DNA of 64,000 nt, taken from NCBI GenBank assembly GCA_050117845.1, contig JASFLY010000007.1:32001-96000 (forward strand), written 5' to 3'. Both the position numbers and the translations under genes were made by a program. The notes below the pieces were generated by a model. The model saw nothing but the letters and a program-made list of their open reading frames with translations. It had not been told where the DNA came from and made no database searches. The stretch is from Candidatus Zixiibacteriota bacterium (lineage in GTDB: Bacteria > RBG-13-66-14 > B26-G2 > WVWN01). Shown piece after piece: positions 55,067-64,000 of this stretch (positions within the stretch are counted from its first letter, which is position 1; every line of letters starts with the position of its first letter).

Positions 55067-55095
55067 TTGACATCGTGGCGCTGGGCGGTTATAAT
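55067..55095 (+). promoter_or_regulatory. Perfect-consensus sigma70 promoter
   Basis: TTGACA-N17-TATAAT. Confidence 0.8.
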
Positions 55096-55108
55096 TTACG
55101 TAATAAAA

Positions 55109-55660
55109 ATGAACAAAAAACTCGACGAAAACCGGCGTCGGGCGGAGGGGATTACCGCCGAAGCGGCGCGCGTGTTTTATGTCGGCCTATACGCAAAAGC
55201 GCTCACGCTGTTCGACGAAGCCATTGCCCTGGACAACGAAGTCGTCAGAGCGTATACCGGGAAGTCCTTAACGCTGGCCCAACTCGGGCGGCCGGCCGAA
55301 GGCCTGGCTAGCGCCGAAAAAGCGGTGGGCCTGGAGCCGACGAACGCGACCGCTTATACCGCCCTCGCCCTATGCTTGCACCGTCTGGGCCGCACGGCCG
55401 AGGCCGAAGCCGCGTACGCCCGGGCGTTCGAAATCGACCCGGAACACCCTCGGGTATTGTACAATTACGCGTGTTTCCGGTCCGAACTCGGCGACGAGGA
55501 CGCTTGCCGCGAATATATAACGCGGGCGTTCCGCCACGTAGATGCCGAAGCTATCACGAATTCCCGTTTCGACCCGGACCTGGCGCGATACATTAATACC
55601 GATTGGTTCCGGGAACTCCTGGCCCAAGCGAAAAAACGTCAAGCCGGGAACGAAGATTGA
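55109..55660 (+). CDS. TPR protein (YNYAC...DPDL C-terminal cap), paralog 1
   Basis: Three TPRs then 'VLYNYAC...FDPDL...WFRELL'; start set to ATG 55109 because the track's TTG is the -35 box. Confidence 0.85.
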   Translation: MNKKLDENRRRAEGITAEAARVFYVGLYAKALTLFDEAIALDNEVVRAYTGKSLTLAQLGRPAEGLASAEKAVGLEPTNATAYTALALCLHRLGRTAEAEAAYARAFEIDPEHPRVLYNYACFRSELGDEDACREYITRAFRHVDAEAITNSRFDPDLARYINTDWFRELLAQAKKRQAGNED

Positions 55661-55725
55661 AGACGCCACACGCCGTAATCTTTACCCGTCTCGCAATCTA
55701 TACCGGATACGGAAATAAGGAAGAC

Positions 55726-56304
55726 ATGTCGAAACAACGCCGAGACCCGCGTGAAGAATCGGCGGCGCTCGCCGCCGACGCCGCCATCCACTTTCACAAC
55801 GGCCGATACAGCCAGGCGCTGGAAATGTTCGACCGCGCCATCGCCCTGGACGATACGAACGTCCGCGCCTTCGGCGGCCGGAGCCTCGTTATGGTCCAAC
55901 TGGGGCAACCGGCCGCGGCTATCCACAACGCCGAACTGGCGCTGGGTCTCGACCCCTCGTATGCCCCCAATTATACCGTCCTGGCGTACTGCTACCATCG
56001 CCTGGGCCGGGAGAAAGAGGCCCAGGAAACGTTCGAGAAAGCCCTCGCCCTCCAACCCAACGAACCGCGGGTTCTCTACAACTACGCCTGCTACTGGGCC
56101 GAACTCCGCGACGAGGAGAAATGCCGAACTTACCTGGAACGGGCTTTTCACCACGTCGCGTACCACACGCTCGAACACGCCCCCAACGACCCGGACCTGG
56201 CGATATACGCCAAGTCCGAATGGTTCCGGGAGTTGTTGGCCAAGGCGAAGCAAGCGCGGCGCAACCGCCGCGGCCCGGAGGAAACCCCGGGCGACCATAG
56301 GTAA
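55726..56304 (+). CDS. TPR protein, paralog 2
   Basis: Same architecture: 'VLYNYAC...NDPDL...WFRELL'; SD AAGGA before ATG 55726. Confidence 0.85.
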   Translation: MSKQRRDPREESAALAADAAIHFHNGRYSQALEMFDRAIALDDTNVRAFGGRSLVMVQLGQPAAAIHNAELALGLDPSYAPNYTVLAYCYHRLGREKEAQETFEKALALQPNEPRVLYNYACYWAELRDEEKCRTYLERAFHHVAYHTLEHAPNDPDLAIYAKSEWFRELLAKAKQARRNRRGPEETPGDHR

Positions 56305-56348
56305 AACGGTTTCCGCCGTCTCAATTACGGACGGCCGACGTCGAAACG

Positions 56349-56377
56349 AAAACGCCCCGGTTAAAAGCCGGGGCGTT
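56349..56377. terminator. Bidirectional terminator between convergent genes
   Basis: AACGCCCCGGT-TAAAA-GCCGGGGCGTT. Confidence 0.7.
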
Positions 56378-56408
56378 ATTACGTGTTTTCGGTGGAGGCC
56401 GCTGGACG

Positions 56409-57716
56409 CTAGAAACTATACGCCAACGTAATCCGGTGGCCGCCCACGTCCACGACGTCGCTCAACGTCATAAACGTCGAAATCTTGTCTATGGATATCG
56501 TGCCCTCGACGTAATCGTAGTTGAAGGACCACCGGTCGTTCGGCCTATAGCAGGCGCCGGCGAACATCGTATTCCGGGGGAACGCCAGGATGTTTTGACG
56601 CCATCCCGCTTTGGCGGACACGTCCTCGGTCAACCACCGCTCCAGGCCAACTTGTGAATAAGTCCAGGTCTCGCTGAAACGATACTCCCCGGTTATCCGT
56701 CCCCGCGAGGAGAGCGTGTCCAGGTCCACCTTCCGGAGGCCGACGTTGTAGTCGAACGCCAAGGTCGTCCTATCGTCCGGGTAAAGCGCGAAACCCGGCA
56801 TAATGCCGAGATCCAATTCGCTACCCTCGGCGATATCGTAGTCGACGTCGTCGTCGGTAATCGTAATGCCGGGCGTCAGGCGCACGTCACAATTTACGCC
56901 GAACGCACATTTGGACCATAACAGGTTCCGGTAACCGGCCCTGCCGCCGAAGCGCATACCCGTGGCTTCGCCGCCGGCGACCGGACTGAACGGCTCCGTT
57001 AACTCGAGCCGGTTCTTGAGAATCTGGACGCCCCCACCGACGTCGAAACGTGTCCCCCCCGAACGGTAAAATACGCCGCCCAGAATCTCGGCGTCGGTCA
57101 GGCCCAATTCGGCCGAGTATGAGTAGTCCGCTTCGTCCTCGGCCTTATGCGAAACCGTAGTATATTTACCGGAGAATCCCACCGCCCACGGGTTCATATC
57201 GAACGCCACGGCGCCACATACGTATTTTTCCGGAATGCTGAACGAGAACACTTCCCCTTCGGGGAAGTACCCCAGCTCCGGTATCGAAGTGCCCGAAAGC
57301 CCCAGGGAAACCTTGTCCCAATCAAGGCCCGCGCCGAATCCGAATACGGTCGTGCCCGACCGGAAGGCCGCGAACCCCGTGCCCCCCACCGCGGTATTGA
57401 TGGTCAACTCGGCCGCCGATTCCCCCGGTTCCGCCGGAGAGCCCGGCTCAACGCTGCCGCCGTTCTCCGTGTATTTCACCGTCCCCAGCGACCAATCGCC
57501 GCCCACGTCGAATATCATCGTCGACATCTCGAAATACGCGAGTTTGGCCGGATTGACGGTATACGCCGACGTGGCGTTGTCCTCCGCGTTGAACCCCACG
57601 GTGGTGCCGCCGTCGAAAGAAGGGGCTGCGTAAACGAACCCGGTGCCGACGACAATCGCCAATAACGCAACCGGGCACCACTTCAGGCCCCGGCGACCGG
57701 TAACGAATAAGCTCAT
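56409..57716 (-). CDS. Outer-membrane beta-barrel protein (FadL/OmpP1-like)
   Basis: Signal peptide, 'AYTVNPAKLA' (NPA motif), alternating strands, C-terminal 'HRITLAYSF'. Confidence 0.6.
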   Translation of the reverse strand: MSLFVTGRRGLKWCPVALLAIVVGTGFVYAAPSFDGGTTVGFNAEDNATSAYTVNPAKLAYFEMSTMIFDVGGDWSLGTVKYTENGGSVEPGSPAEPGESAAELTINTAVGGTGFAAFRSGTTVFGFGAGLDWDKVSLGLSGTSIPELGYFPEGEVFSFSIPEKYVCGAVAFDMNPWAVGFSGKYTTVSHKAEDEADYSYSAELGLTDAEILGGVFYRSGGTRFDVGGGVQILKNRLELTEPFSPVAGGEATGMRFGGRAGYRNLLWSKCAFGVNCDVRLTPGITITDDDVDYDIAEGSELDLGIMPGFALYPDDRTTLAFDYNVGLRKVDLDTLSSRGRITGEYRFSETWTYSQVGLERWLTEDVSAKAGWRQNILAFPRNTMFAGACYRPNDRWSFNYDYVEGTISIDKISTFMTLSDVVDVGGHRITLAYSF

Positions 57717-57821
57717 ACCTGCCTCCTTAGTTAAAGTTGAACGTAATCAGATGTTAATTCCTCTACCCTTACACCCCAATATACCATCACGATATTATTT
57801 TATCAACTTAATTAGTGTACG

Positions 57822-57876
57822 AAAAACCGTTTCCGGTTACAGCCCGATTTCGAACGGGCCGGTCGGAAACGGCTTT
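57822..57876 (-). terminator. Long-stem terminator hairpin
   Basis: AAAGCCGTTTCCG..GGCCCG-TTCGAAAT-CGGGCT..CGGAAACGGTTTTT. Confidence 0.65.
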
Positions 57877-57905
57877 GGTTAAATCTAAATTACGCTATTT
57901 TGTGA

Positions 57906-58442
57906 TTACAGGAACCAGAACGCGGCGCCGACGCGCACGGTTAAAAAAGCGCTCGTATCTTTGGCGTCGACCAAATGTTGATCCACGTCCGCGGTTATCG
58001 ACCAGTCGTCGCCTACGGGGAAATCGCCGCCGACGGCGATGTTAGCGCCAAAATAAGCGTTGCTTTCCTCATCCCAGTATATACCGGGGCCGAGGCCGAC
58101 GTAAATGGATTCGTACTTGCCCACCGGGCCGAAGTAATAGCGGGCGTCGGCATTTAAGTTAATGAGGTAGGTGTCGCCGTACGACTCACGGTCCTTCGAG
58201 CGGAATTTATTGTAACCGACCATGCCGTACGCGAAAAAATCGTTACTATGGCTGATGCGGGTCCCGTAGCCCAACGTCCCGACGAAACCCATGCGGTAAG
58301 CGTCGCTGAAGTCGACGTCATCCGGCAACGATAGGCCGAGTCCGAGAGAGCCGAAATTCCTGAGTTCGCGTTCGGCCGCGGAAGGGCTAATAAAACCGAA
58401 CGCTATGACTGATAGACCTAAGATAACAACGATACGCTTCAT
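57906..58442 (-). CDS. Small (about 8-stranded) outer-membrane beta-barrel protein
   Basis: Signal peptide; 'ADARYYF', 'IYVGLGPG', C-terminal 'VRVGAAFWFL'. Confidence 0.75.
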   Translation of the reverse strand: MKRIVVILGLSVIAFGFISPSAAERELRNFGSLGLGLSLPDDVDFSDAYRMGFVGTLGYGTRISHSNDFFAYGMVGYNKFRSKDRESYGDTYLINLNADARYYFGPVGKYESIYVGLGPGIYWDEESNAYFGANIAVGGDFPVGDDWSITADVDQHLVDAKDTSAFLTVRVGAAFWFL

Positions 58443-58619
58443 ATTCCATACTCCTTGTTTGGTTCCACGTTCTCTATCACATAACTACGACGCCGCGACG
58501 GGCGCCGATAATTAGTCCTTTGGGAGCCGTTTTTAGTTTAACGAATTCAATAACCCCCTTACCAAAGCGAGCCGGCAAAGGGGTAGGTCGCGGGTTTGAT
58601 TGGCTTTTATCCGAAACGT

Positions 58620-59369
58620 TTAGAACGTGAAACTAGGGCCGACGACGACATAATGCAGCATCGCGAAGTTATAAACCTCGTCTACGTCGGCGCCCCCTTC
58701 CAGCATCCGGTAACCGGCGTTGAGGCCGACCTCCTTATGGATCCGGTAGCGCACGGCTACCAGCACGTCTTCGGCTCGGCCCTGCGGCGCGGCCAGCGCA
58801 TCGCCGTCTACGCGGAAGGTCCACTTTTCCGCGAAGGCCCACGTTAAGGCGAAATTGATGAGCGGCACCGCGCCGGTGTTCGCCTCTTCGGCCTCCACCC
58901 CGCCGCTCTCCAACGTTATCGCGGCGTCCCGGACTTTCGCCGTCACCCCCAGGCCGAAGCGAAGCGACGGACGGCGCACGAAATCGTAGCGGTACGTGAG
59001 CCGATACGAATCAAAACGGTACGTCGCATCGATGGGGACGCCGGCCGGTATTTCCAATTCATTGAAGACGACCGGCCTGTCCAACGCGCCGGCGGCTTCA
59101 ATTTGTAACGGCGCGGCGAGCGCCATAATCGAATGCCGTTCCCCGAAAGTGTACCCGCCACGGACGCGATAAAAAAACGCCGGGTCGGCATCCAGATCGC
59201 TCGACAACGAAATGTCGCTGCCCCGTTCGTTGGGGACGCGGACGTCGTTATAGCCGCTGAAGACGGGGCCCAATTCGACGTCCACCGACCAGCCGGCCAC
59301 CGCGGCCGTAACGCCCCAGACGAACAAACACGCGGCTGTCCCCAGTAACCTCGTAAGCATAAAAACCAC
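58620..59369 (-). CDS. Outer-membrane beta-barrel protein
   Basis: Signal peptide; 'YRLTYRYDF', 'LNAGYRMLEGG', C-terminal 'VGPSFTF'. Confidence 0.7.
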   Translation of the reverse strand: MVFMLTRLLGTAACLFVWGVTAAVAGWSVDVELGPVFSGYNDVRVPNERGSDISLSSDLDADPAFFYRVRGGYTFGERHSIMALAAPLQIEAAGALDRPVVFNELEIPAGVPIDATYRFDSYRLTYRYDFVRRPSLRFGLGVTAKVRDAAITLESGGVEAEEANTGAVPLINFALTWAFAEKWTFRVDGDALAAPQGRAEDVLVAVRYRIHKEVGLNAGYRMLEGGADVDEVYNFAMLHYVVVGPSFTF

Positions 59370-59388
59370 TTCCCCCGTAGGGCCGTCG

Positions 59389-62300
59389 TCAGTTTACTTT
59401 ACGGCCTAGTAAATAGTACATGGGTACGGCGCCGAACGCGGCGAGACGCACCTCGCCCCGCGCCTCGAATTCGAACTTATTTTTTAACCCTTCGTAAACG
59501 GCTTCCGATACGTTAATCCGCCCCGGTTCGCCCTCGTCGTTGAGGCGGGAGGCGAAGTTAACTGTCTCGCCCCACACGTCGTAGACCATCCGCCAACCCT
59601 TCACCAGGCCGGCGATGCACGGGCCGACGTGGACGCCGACGCGAACCTGCCAGTCACGCGTACCGACGAACTTGAGAATGTCTATCGCGGCGTCGGCGCA
59701 TTCCTCGAGTTGGTTGGATTCGGCGAAGAGGCCACCGGCATACATATAGCCGTCCCCCACAGTCTTGAGTTTCTCGAGGCCGCAGTCCCGCACGACCAGG
59801 TCGAACGCGTGGAAATAGGCCGAGAGTTTCGTCAAAAGCGCTTTGTGGTTGACGCGGGACGATATGCGGGAGAACCCGACGACATCCACGAATACGATCG
59901 TCGCCTCGGAAACCAGGCGGGGCGGCGAGGTACTGGTCTCGTCCAGTTCGGTGATAACCTGTTCCGGGAGGATATTACGCAACAGGTCGTCCGCCCGCCG
60001 GTGTGCAATTTCCAATTGCCGCGTGCGCAGTTCCAGCTCCGCCTCGGTCCGCTTCTGGTCCGTTATATCCAGCGCCACGCCGATGGTTAATTTATATTCG
60101 CCGTTCTCGTCCAACAGCGGAGTGGACGAGACGAGAACGTCGCGAAGCTCGCCGTCCTTACGCTGCATCCGAACCTCGTACTTGGTGGAACGGCGCTCGT
60201 CCCTCTTCGCCCGGGTCGCCTCCAGCGTCTTGGGAATCTCGCCCTCGGGTATAAGGTCCCGGATGTTCATCTCGACCAGTTCCGCCCGCGTGTATCCCAG
60301 GATATTGCAATAGGCCTGGTTCACGAAGAGTATGTTCTCCTCGCCGTCCACGATGGCGAACCCGTCGTGGATGGTTTCAACGAGGCTCCGGTAACGCTCC
60401 TCGCTGTCGCGGACGGCCTTGAGGTCCCGGGCCCGCTTGACGGCTATCTCGGCCTGGCGGGCGAAGACGGTCAGTTTCGCCAAATCGTCGTCGTCGAATC
60501 CGCCGCCCTCCTGGCTTATGGTCAGCACCCCCAGGACGTTCCCGGCGTTGAACATCGGTACGGCCATAACGGATTGGTTGTCGTCCTCGTCGGAATCCGT
60601 TCCGGGAATATGGGCGGATAGGTCGTCGTCGGCCCCGACGTTTACGTATTGCCCCTTCCCGTCCCGGGCGACGCGGCCGGTAAGGCCTTCGCCCGGCCTA
60701 AGCGTAAACGCCATAATGGCGTCGCGGTCCTTGGCCGAACTCGCGTAGATGGGCGCCAGTACGCCCCTTTCGTAATCCAGGAGGTAGACGGTGCAATCGA
60801 CGGCGCCGAGCAGGGCCATAGCCTGGTCGGCGATTTGGCGGAGAACTTCGTCCAACTCCGTCTGGTCGGCAAGGGCCTGGGTGGTGTCGTAGAGGCGGCG
60901 GTAAGTCTCCTCGCTCTTCCTAATCTCCGCCTCGGCTCGTTTCCTTTCGCCGATCTCGCGCTGGAGTTTGACGTTGGCGACGCGGAGTTCTTCCGTCCGT
61001 TCATCCACCAGGGCCTCGAGTTGATGGCGATACCGATCCAATTCCTCTTCGGCACGTTTCTGCTCGGTGACGTCGCGGCTGAAGTAGGCCAACGTTGTAA
61101 CCGCGCCGTCATCCCCTACGATGGGGTAGAAATCGTTCTCGTACACCCCCCCGGGGAATTCGTCGCAGAAGCTTATCGCTTCGCCGGCCCGGAGGACCTC
61201 ATCGAAACGACCCCGGCGCGACCGGGCCAAAGCCGGCGGCAGATAATCGGCAAAAGGTCGCCCAATAACCTCGGCGACAGGAACGCCTACGCGACGGGCG
61301 GTGGGATCGTTTATCTCCTCAATGGCCGCCGCCGGGTCGACGAGGAACGCGAACGGCGTTCGCGCCACGGCTAGCGCCCCGGATGCGTCGCCCGCGAGGA
61401 GAAACTCCTCGACGGCCTGGAATTCGTTCTCGGCAGTCGATTCGTCTTCGATTTTAACTTGGGCTTCGATACGCCAACTGAAGATGGCGATACGCGCCAC
61501 CGTGTCGGCCTCGTCCTTCAAGGGGCAGTAATAATTCCTGTAGCGGACGCGCCCCCGCGTCTCTTGGAAGTGTACCGGCTTCCCGGTCTTGACGGCTTTC
61601 TGGGCCGCCGCCCGCCTTTGTCCCGCGACGGCCTCGGGTAGCACCGTCCATAATGACCGGCCTCGCAACTCTTCCTCCGGAAGCCGCGTCCGCGAACGGG
61701 CCGTCTCGTTAAAATTCAAAACCTCCCCGTCGGTATTTATCAGGAACGCGACGTTGGCGGGAGCGTTCAACAGGACGCGGGAAGTCTCTTCGTTTTCGCG
61801 CCGGGCCCTCTCTATCCTTTTATTCCTAATTGACGAACCCAACTCCGAGGCGGTAGTTTCGACGAAGGACATCGTATGCCGGTCTGCCTCGGAGAGGGTG
61901 AGGCTCAGAATACCGATGATCCCGCCTTCGCACGAAATCGCGGCGTTCACCACCGACGCTTCGGCGGCGTTTTCCGTCTCTTTCGCCGTTTGCGCCCAAT
62001 CGTCCAGGAAAACGGCAACGGGTGAAGAGAGAACAAGTTGAACGTGCGGGTCGGCCGGGTCCAGTATTTCCCGTTCCCGGTAAATCTCGGGCGAGGGGCC
62101 GAAGGCTTTGGCCAACCGCAGGTAGTCACGCCCCTCGCTGAAGAGGTAAATGCCGCCGGCGATGACGCCTGTGTTGTCGGCCAGGAAATTGGCGGCCGAG
62201 GACACGAGCCGCTCCAGGTCCGGAGCGCTGTTTATCGCCTTGGATATCGCGTTCAAACCTTCCAGGGCGCGAATGTGGCGCTTCAATTCGTACTCGACCC

Positions 62301-64000
62301 GTTTCGACTCGGTTACGTCCTCGGCGGCGCCGATGAAACGAGTTATCCTCCCTTCCGCCGTCGTGGCCGGAATGAGTTTTATTTTAAAATGTCGCTCCTT
62401 GCCTTTCGGGCCGAAACTCGTCTCGTACGTGTGGGTTTCCCTGGCCGATAATTCCCGAAACCTCTTTTGGATAGCCTCGAATTGATCCGGCGTGGCTATG
62501 TCCTCGATGCGCCGGCCGTTATAGAAGTCGGCGTTTTTACCCTCGACCGCGGCGAAGGCGTCGTTGACCCGTTCGTAATACAGGTCTCCGTTCTCGGCCA
62601 CGCGGACGGACCACAACAGGACGTCGACGTTGTCCACGAGCGCCTGAAGGTCGCCGGCGGCTGACGCCGCGTCCAAGCGATGCCGGTCGCGCTCCTCCTC
62701 CGCCCTAACTCGCTCCGTAATATCGCTTACTACGCCGTCGAAATACGACGTTTTAACGTCGGCCCCCGGTACGGCCTGCGCCGTTATGGACGCCATGAAA
62801 GAACTCCCGTCGCGGCGATTCAACCGGACTTCATAGTCCCGAATAACACCGTCAGCCGTCAGAGTTTCGACGAATTGCCGACGGCTCTCCGCGTCGGGGA
62901 AAAGATCGCCGAAGCTGGTATCGGCGGCCTGACTCATCGTCCCGTAGCCGAACATACGAATCATCGCCGGGTTCGCCGACAGGATACGGCCCTCGGTATC
63001 GGCGGTCGACCGGAAAACCCCCACCGGAATATTGGCCTGAAGGGTCCGATAACGTTCCTCCGAAGCCCGTACGGCTTCCGTCAAAAGGCAATGCTTAACC
63101 GCCTGGCCGATGACGTTCGCCATGGCCTTACCCAAATCGAAATCCTGACGCGAGAACGGTTTCTCCCTCATCAGGGACAACGTCCCCAGGATTTCACCCG
63201 TTTCATCGAGAAAAGGTATGCCCAGAAATGATTGCCGGCCGAAATGCTTCGCCACGGGCTTTACGAACTTGCGGAGGGGACTGTCGGGCGTAACCATCGA
63301 CGCCAACAAATCGGCGAGGTCGACGTGCACGACCGACGCGTCGATCTCGAAATCCACGTTACAAACCGTAGGCCGGTTCGTCCATATGGTCTCCGCGATT
63401 ACCGAGCCCTCGTAGAGAGGTATACGCCATCCGGCGTAACCCCGGCCTATCAGTTTTTCCACGAAGCCGAGTAGGCCCGTGTCCATATTGTGGGCCCGAA
63501 CGTCGAGGAATCTCCCGCCGTCGTCGAGTAGGTTCACGCTCACGTACGCCGGGAAGAGGCCCGACAGATTCCCGACGGCGGCGGCCAAGGCCGCGTCGAC
63601 CGAACTTTTCCCTATCAACTCGGCGGTCAGTCGAGCCAGGACCGCACTCTCCTGCGCACGCCGTTCCCGGGCTTCGCCCGCCTTCCGCCGTTCCGTAATA
63701 TCCTCGATGACGCCGTCGAAATACGCGATTTCGCCGTCGGTCGAAGGGACGGCTCGGGCGCTAATTGAACCCCAGAACGTCCCGCCGTCCCGACGGCGGA
63801 ATAGGACCTCGTAATCCGCGATAACGCGGGCCGAGGTCACGGTCTCCCGGAACTTACGACGGTCCCCCCGGTTGACGTACAGGTCCGAAACCCGTAACCC
63901 CGACATATCGTCGGCGCTTTCGTAACCGAACATCCGGGCCAAAGCCGGATTCGCAGATAATATCCGGCCGGCGGGGTCGGCGGACGTACGGAATACGCCG
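59389..64000 (-). CDS. Multi-PAS/GAF class III adenylate cyclase (5' end beyond window)
   Basis: Frame open to 64000 (GVFRTSADPAGRILSANPALARMFGY). Repeated PAS ends 'DITER', GAF domains, and cyclase motifs 'IVFVDVVGFS', 'EKLKTVGDGYM', 'YDVWGETVNFASRL'. Confidence 0.92.
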   Translation of the reverse strand, partial: GVFRTSADPAGRILSANPALARMFGYESADDMSGLRVSDLYVNRGDRRKFRETVTSARVIADYEVLFRRRDGGTFWGSISARAVPSTDGEIAYFDGVIEDITERRKAGEARERRAQESAVLARLTAELIGKSSVDAALAAAVGNLSGLFPAYVSVNLLDDGGRFLDVRAHNMDTGLLGFVEKLIGRGYAGWRIPLYEGSVIAETIWTNRPTVCNVDFEIDASVVHVDLADLLASMVTPDSPLRKFVKPVAKHFGRQSFLGIPFLDETGEILGTLSLMREKPFSRQDFDLGKAMANVIGQAVKHCLLTEAVRASEERYRTLQANIPVGVFRSTADTEGRILSANPAMIRMFGYGTMSQAADTSFGDLFPDAESRRQFVETLTADGVIRDYEVRLNRRDGSSFMASITAQAVPGADVKTSYFDGVVSDITERVRAEEERDRHRLDAASAAGDLQALVDNVDVLLWSVRVAENGDLYYERVNDAFAAVEGKNADFYNGRRIEDIATPDQFEAIQKRFRELSARETHTYETSFGPKGKERHFKIKLIPATTAEGRITRFIGAAEDVTESKRVEYELKRHIRALEGLNAISKAINSAPDLERLVSSAANFLADNTGVIAGGIYLFSEGRDYLRLAKAFGPSPEIYREREILDPADPHVQLVLSSPVAVFLDDWAQTAKETENAAEASVVNAAISCEGGIIGILSLTLSEADRHTMSFVETTASELGSSIRNKRIERARRENEETSRVLLNAPANVAFLINTDGEVLNFNETARSRTRLPEEELRGRSLWTVLPEAVAGQRRAAAQKAVKTGKPVHFQETRGRVRYRNYYCPLKDEADTVARIAIFSWRIEAQVKIEDESTAENEFQAVEEFLLAGDASGALAVARTPFAFLVDPAAAIEEINDPTARRVGVPVAEVIGRPFADYLPPALARSRRGRFDEVLRAGEAISFCDEFPGGVYENDFYPIVGDDGAVTTLAYFSRDVTEQKRAEEELDRYRHQLEALVDERTEELRVANVKLQREIGERKRAEAEIRKSEETYRRLYDTTQALADQTELDEVLRQIADQAMALLGAVDCTVYLLDYERGVLAPIYASSAKDRDAIMAFTLRPGEGLTGRVARDGKGQYVNVGADDDLSAHIPGTDSDEDDNQSVMAVPMFNAGNVLGVLTISQEGGGFDDDDLAKLTVFARQAEIAVKRARDLKAVRDSEERYRSLVETIHDGFAIVDGEENILFVNQAYCNILGYTRAELVEMNIRDLIPEGEIPKTLEATRAKRDERRSTKYEVRMQRKDGELRDVLVSSTPLLDENGEYKLTIGVALDITDQKRTEAELELRTRQLEIAHRRADDLLRNILPEQVITELDETSTSPPRLVSEATIVFVDVVGFSRISSRVNHKALLTKLSAYFHAFDLVVRDCGLEKLKTVGDGYMYAGGLFAESNQLEECADAAIDILKFVGTRDWQVRVGVHVGPCIAGLVKGWRMVYDVWGETVNFASRLNDEGEPGRINVSEAVYEGLKNKFEFEARGEVRLAAFGAVPMYYLLGRKVN

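Overview
A high-GC chromosomal segment from a diderm bacterium. The outer-membrane beta-barrels, TonB-dependent receptor, lipoproteins and T9SS/FlgD-type C-terminal domains suggest an FCB-adjacent candidate phylum, but the taxonomy is inference only. About 50 genes are present, nearly all on the minus strand. Housekeeping content includes uvrC, a split transketolase, pckA, HU/IHF, an acyl-CoA ligase, an FTCD-type cyclohydrolase and a cobalamin-riboswitch-controlled btuFCDB operon. I found no rRNA, complete tRNA, CRISPR array, transposase or integrase. The most notable signals concern surface-protein biogenesis. (1) A short, strictly C-terminal motif VxPxS(L/V)Gx(I/V)(K/R)A(I/L)(Y/F)x-stop ends three unrelated signal-peptide proteins and also occurs as an orphan fragment with its own terminator at 53886-53977. 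It never co-occurs with the long T9SS-like CTD carried by four other secreted proteins, so it is a candidate second sorting signal. (2) Near-identical CTD-plus-terminator cassettes lie exactly 2880 bp apart. (3) Four tandem paralogous GT-C-like membrane proteins are present. (4) An unannotated 27-codon micro-lipoprotein gene has its own promoter and SD. All functional calls come from motif recognition by eye; no database searches were run.
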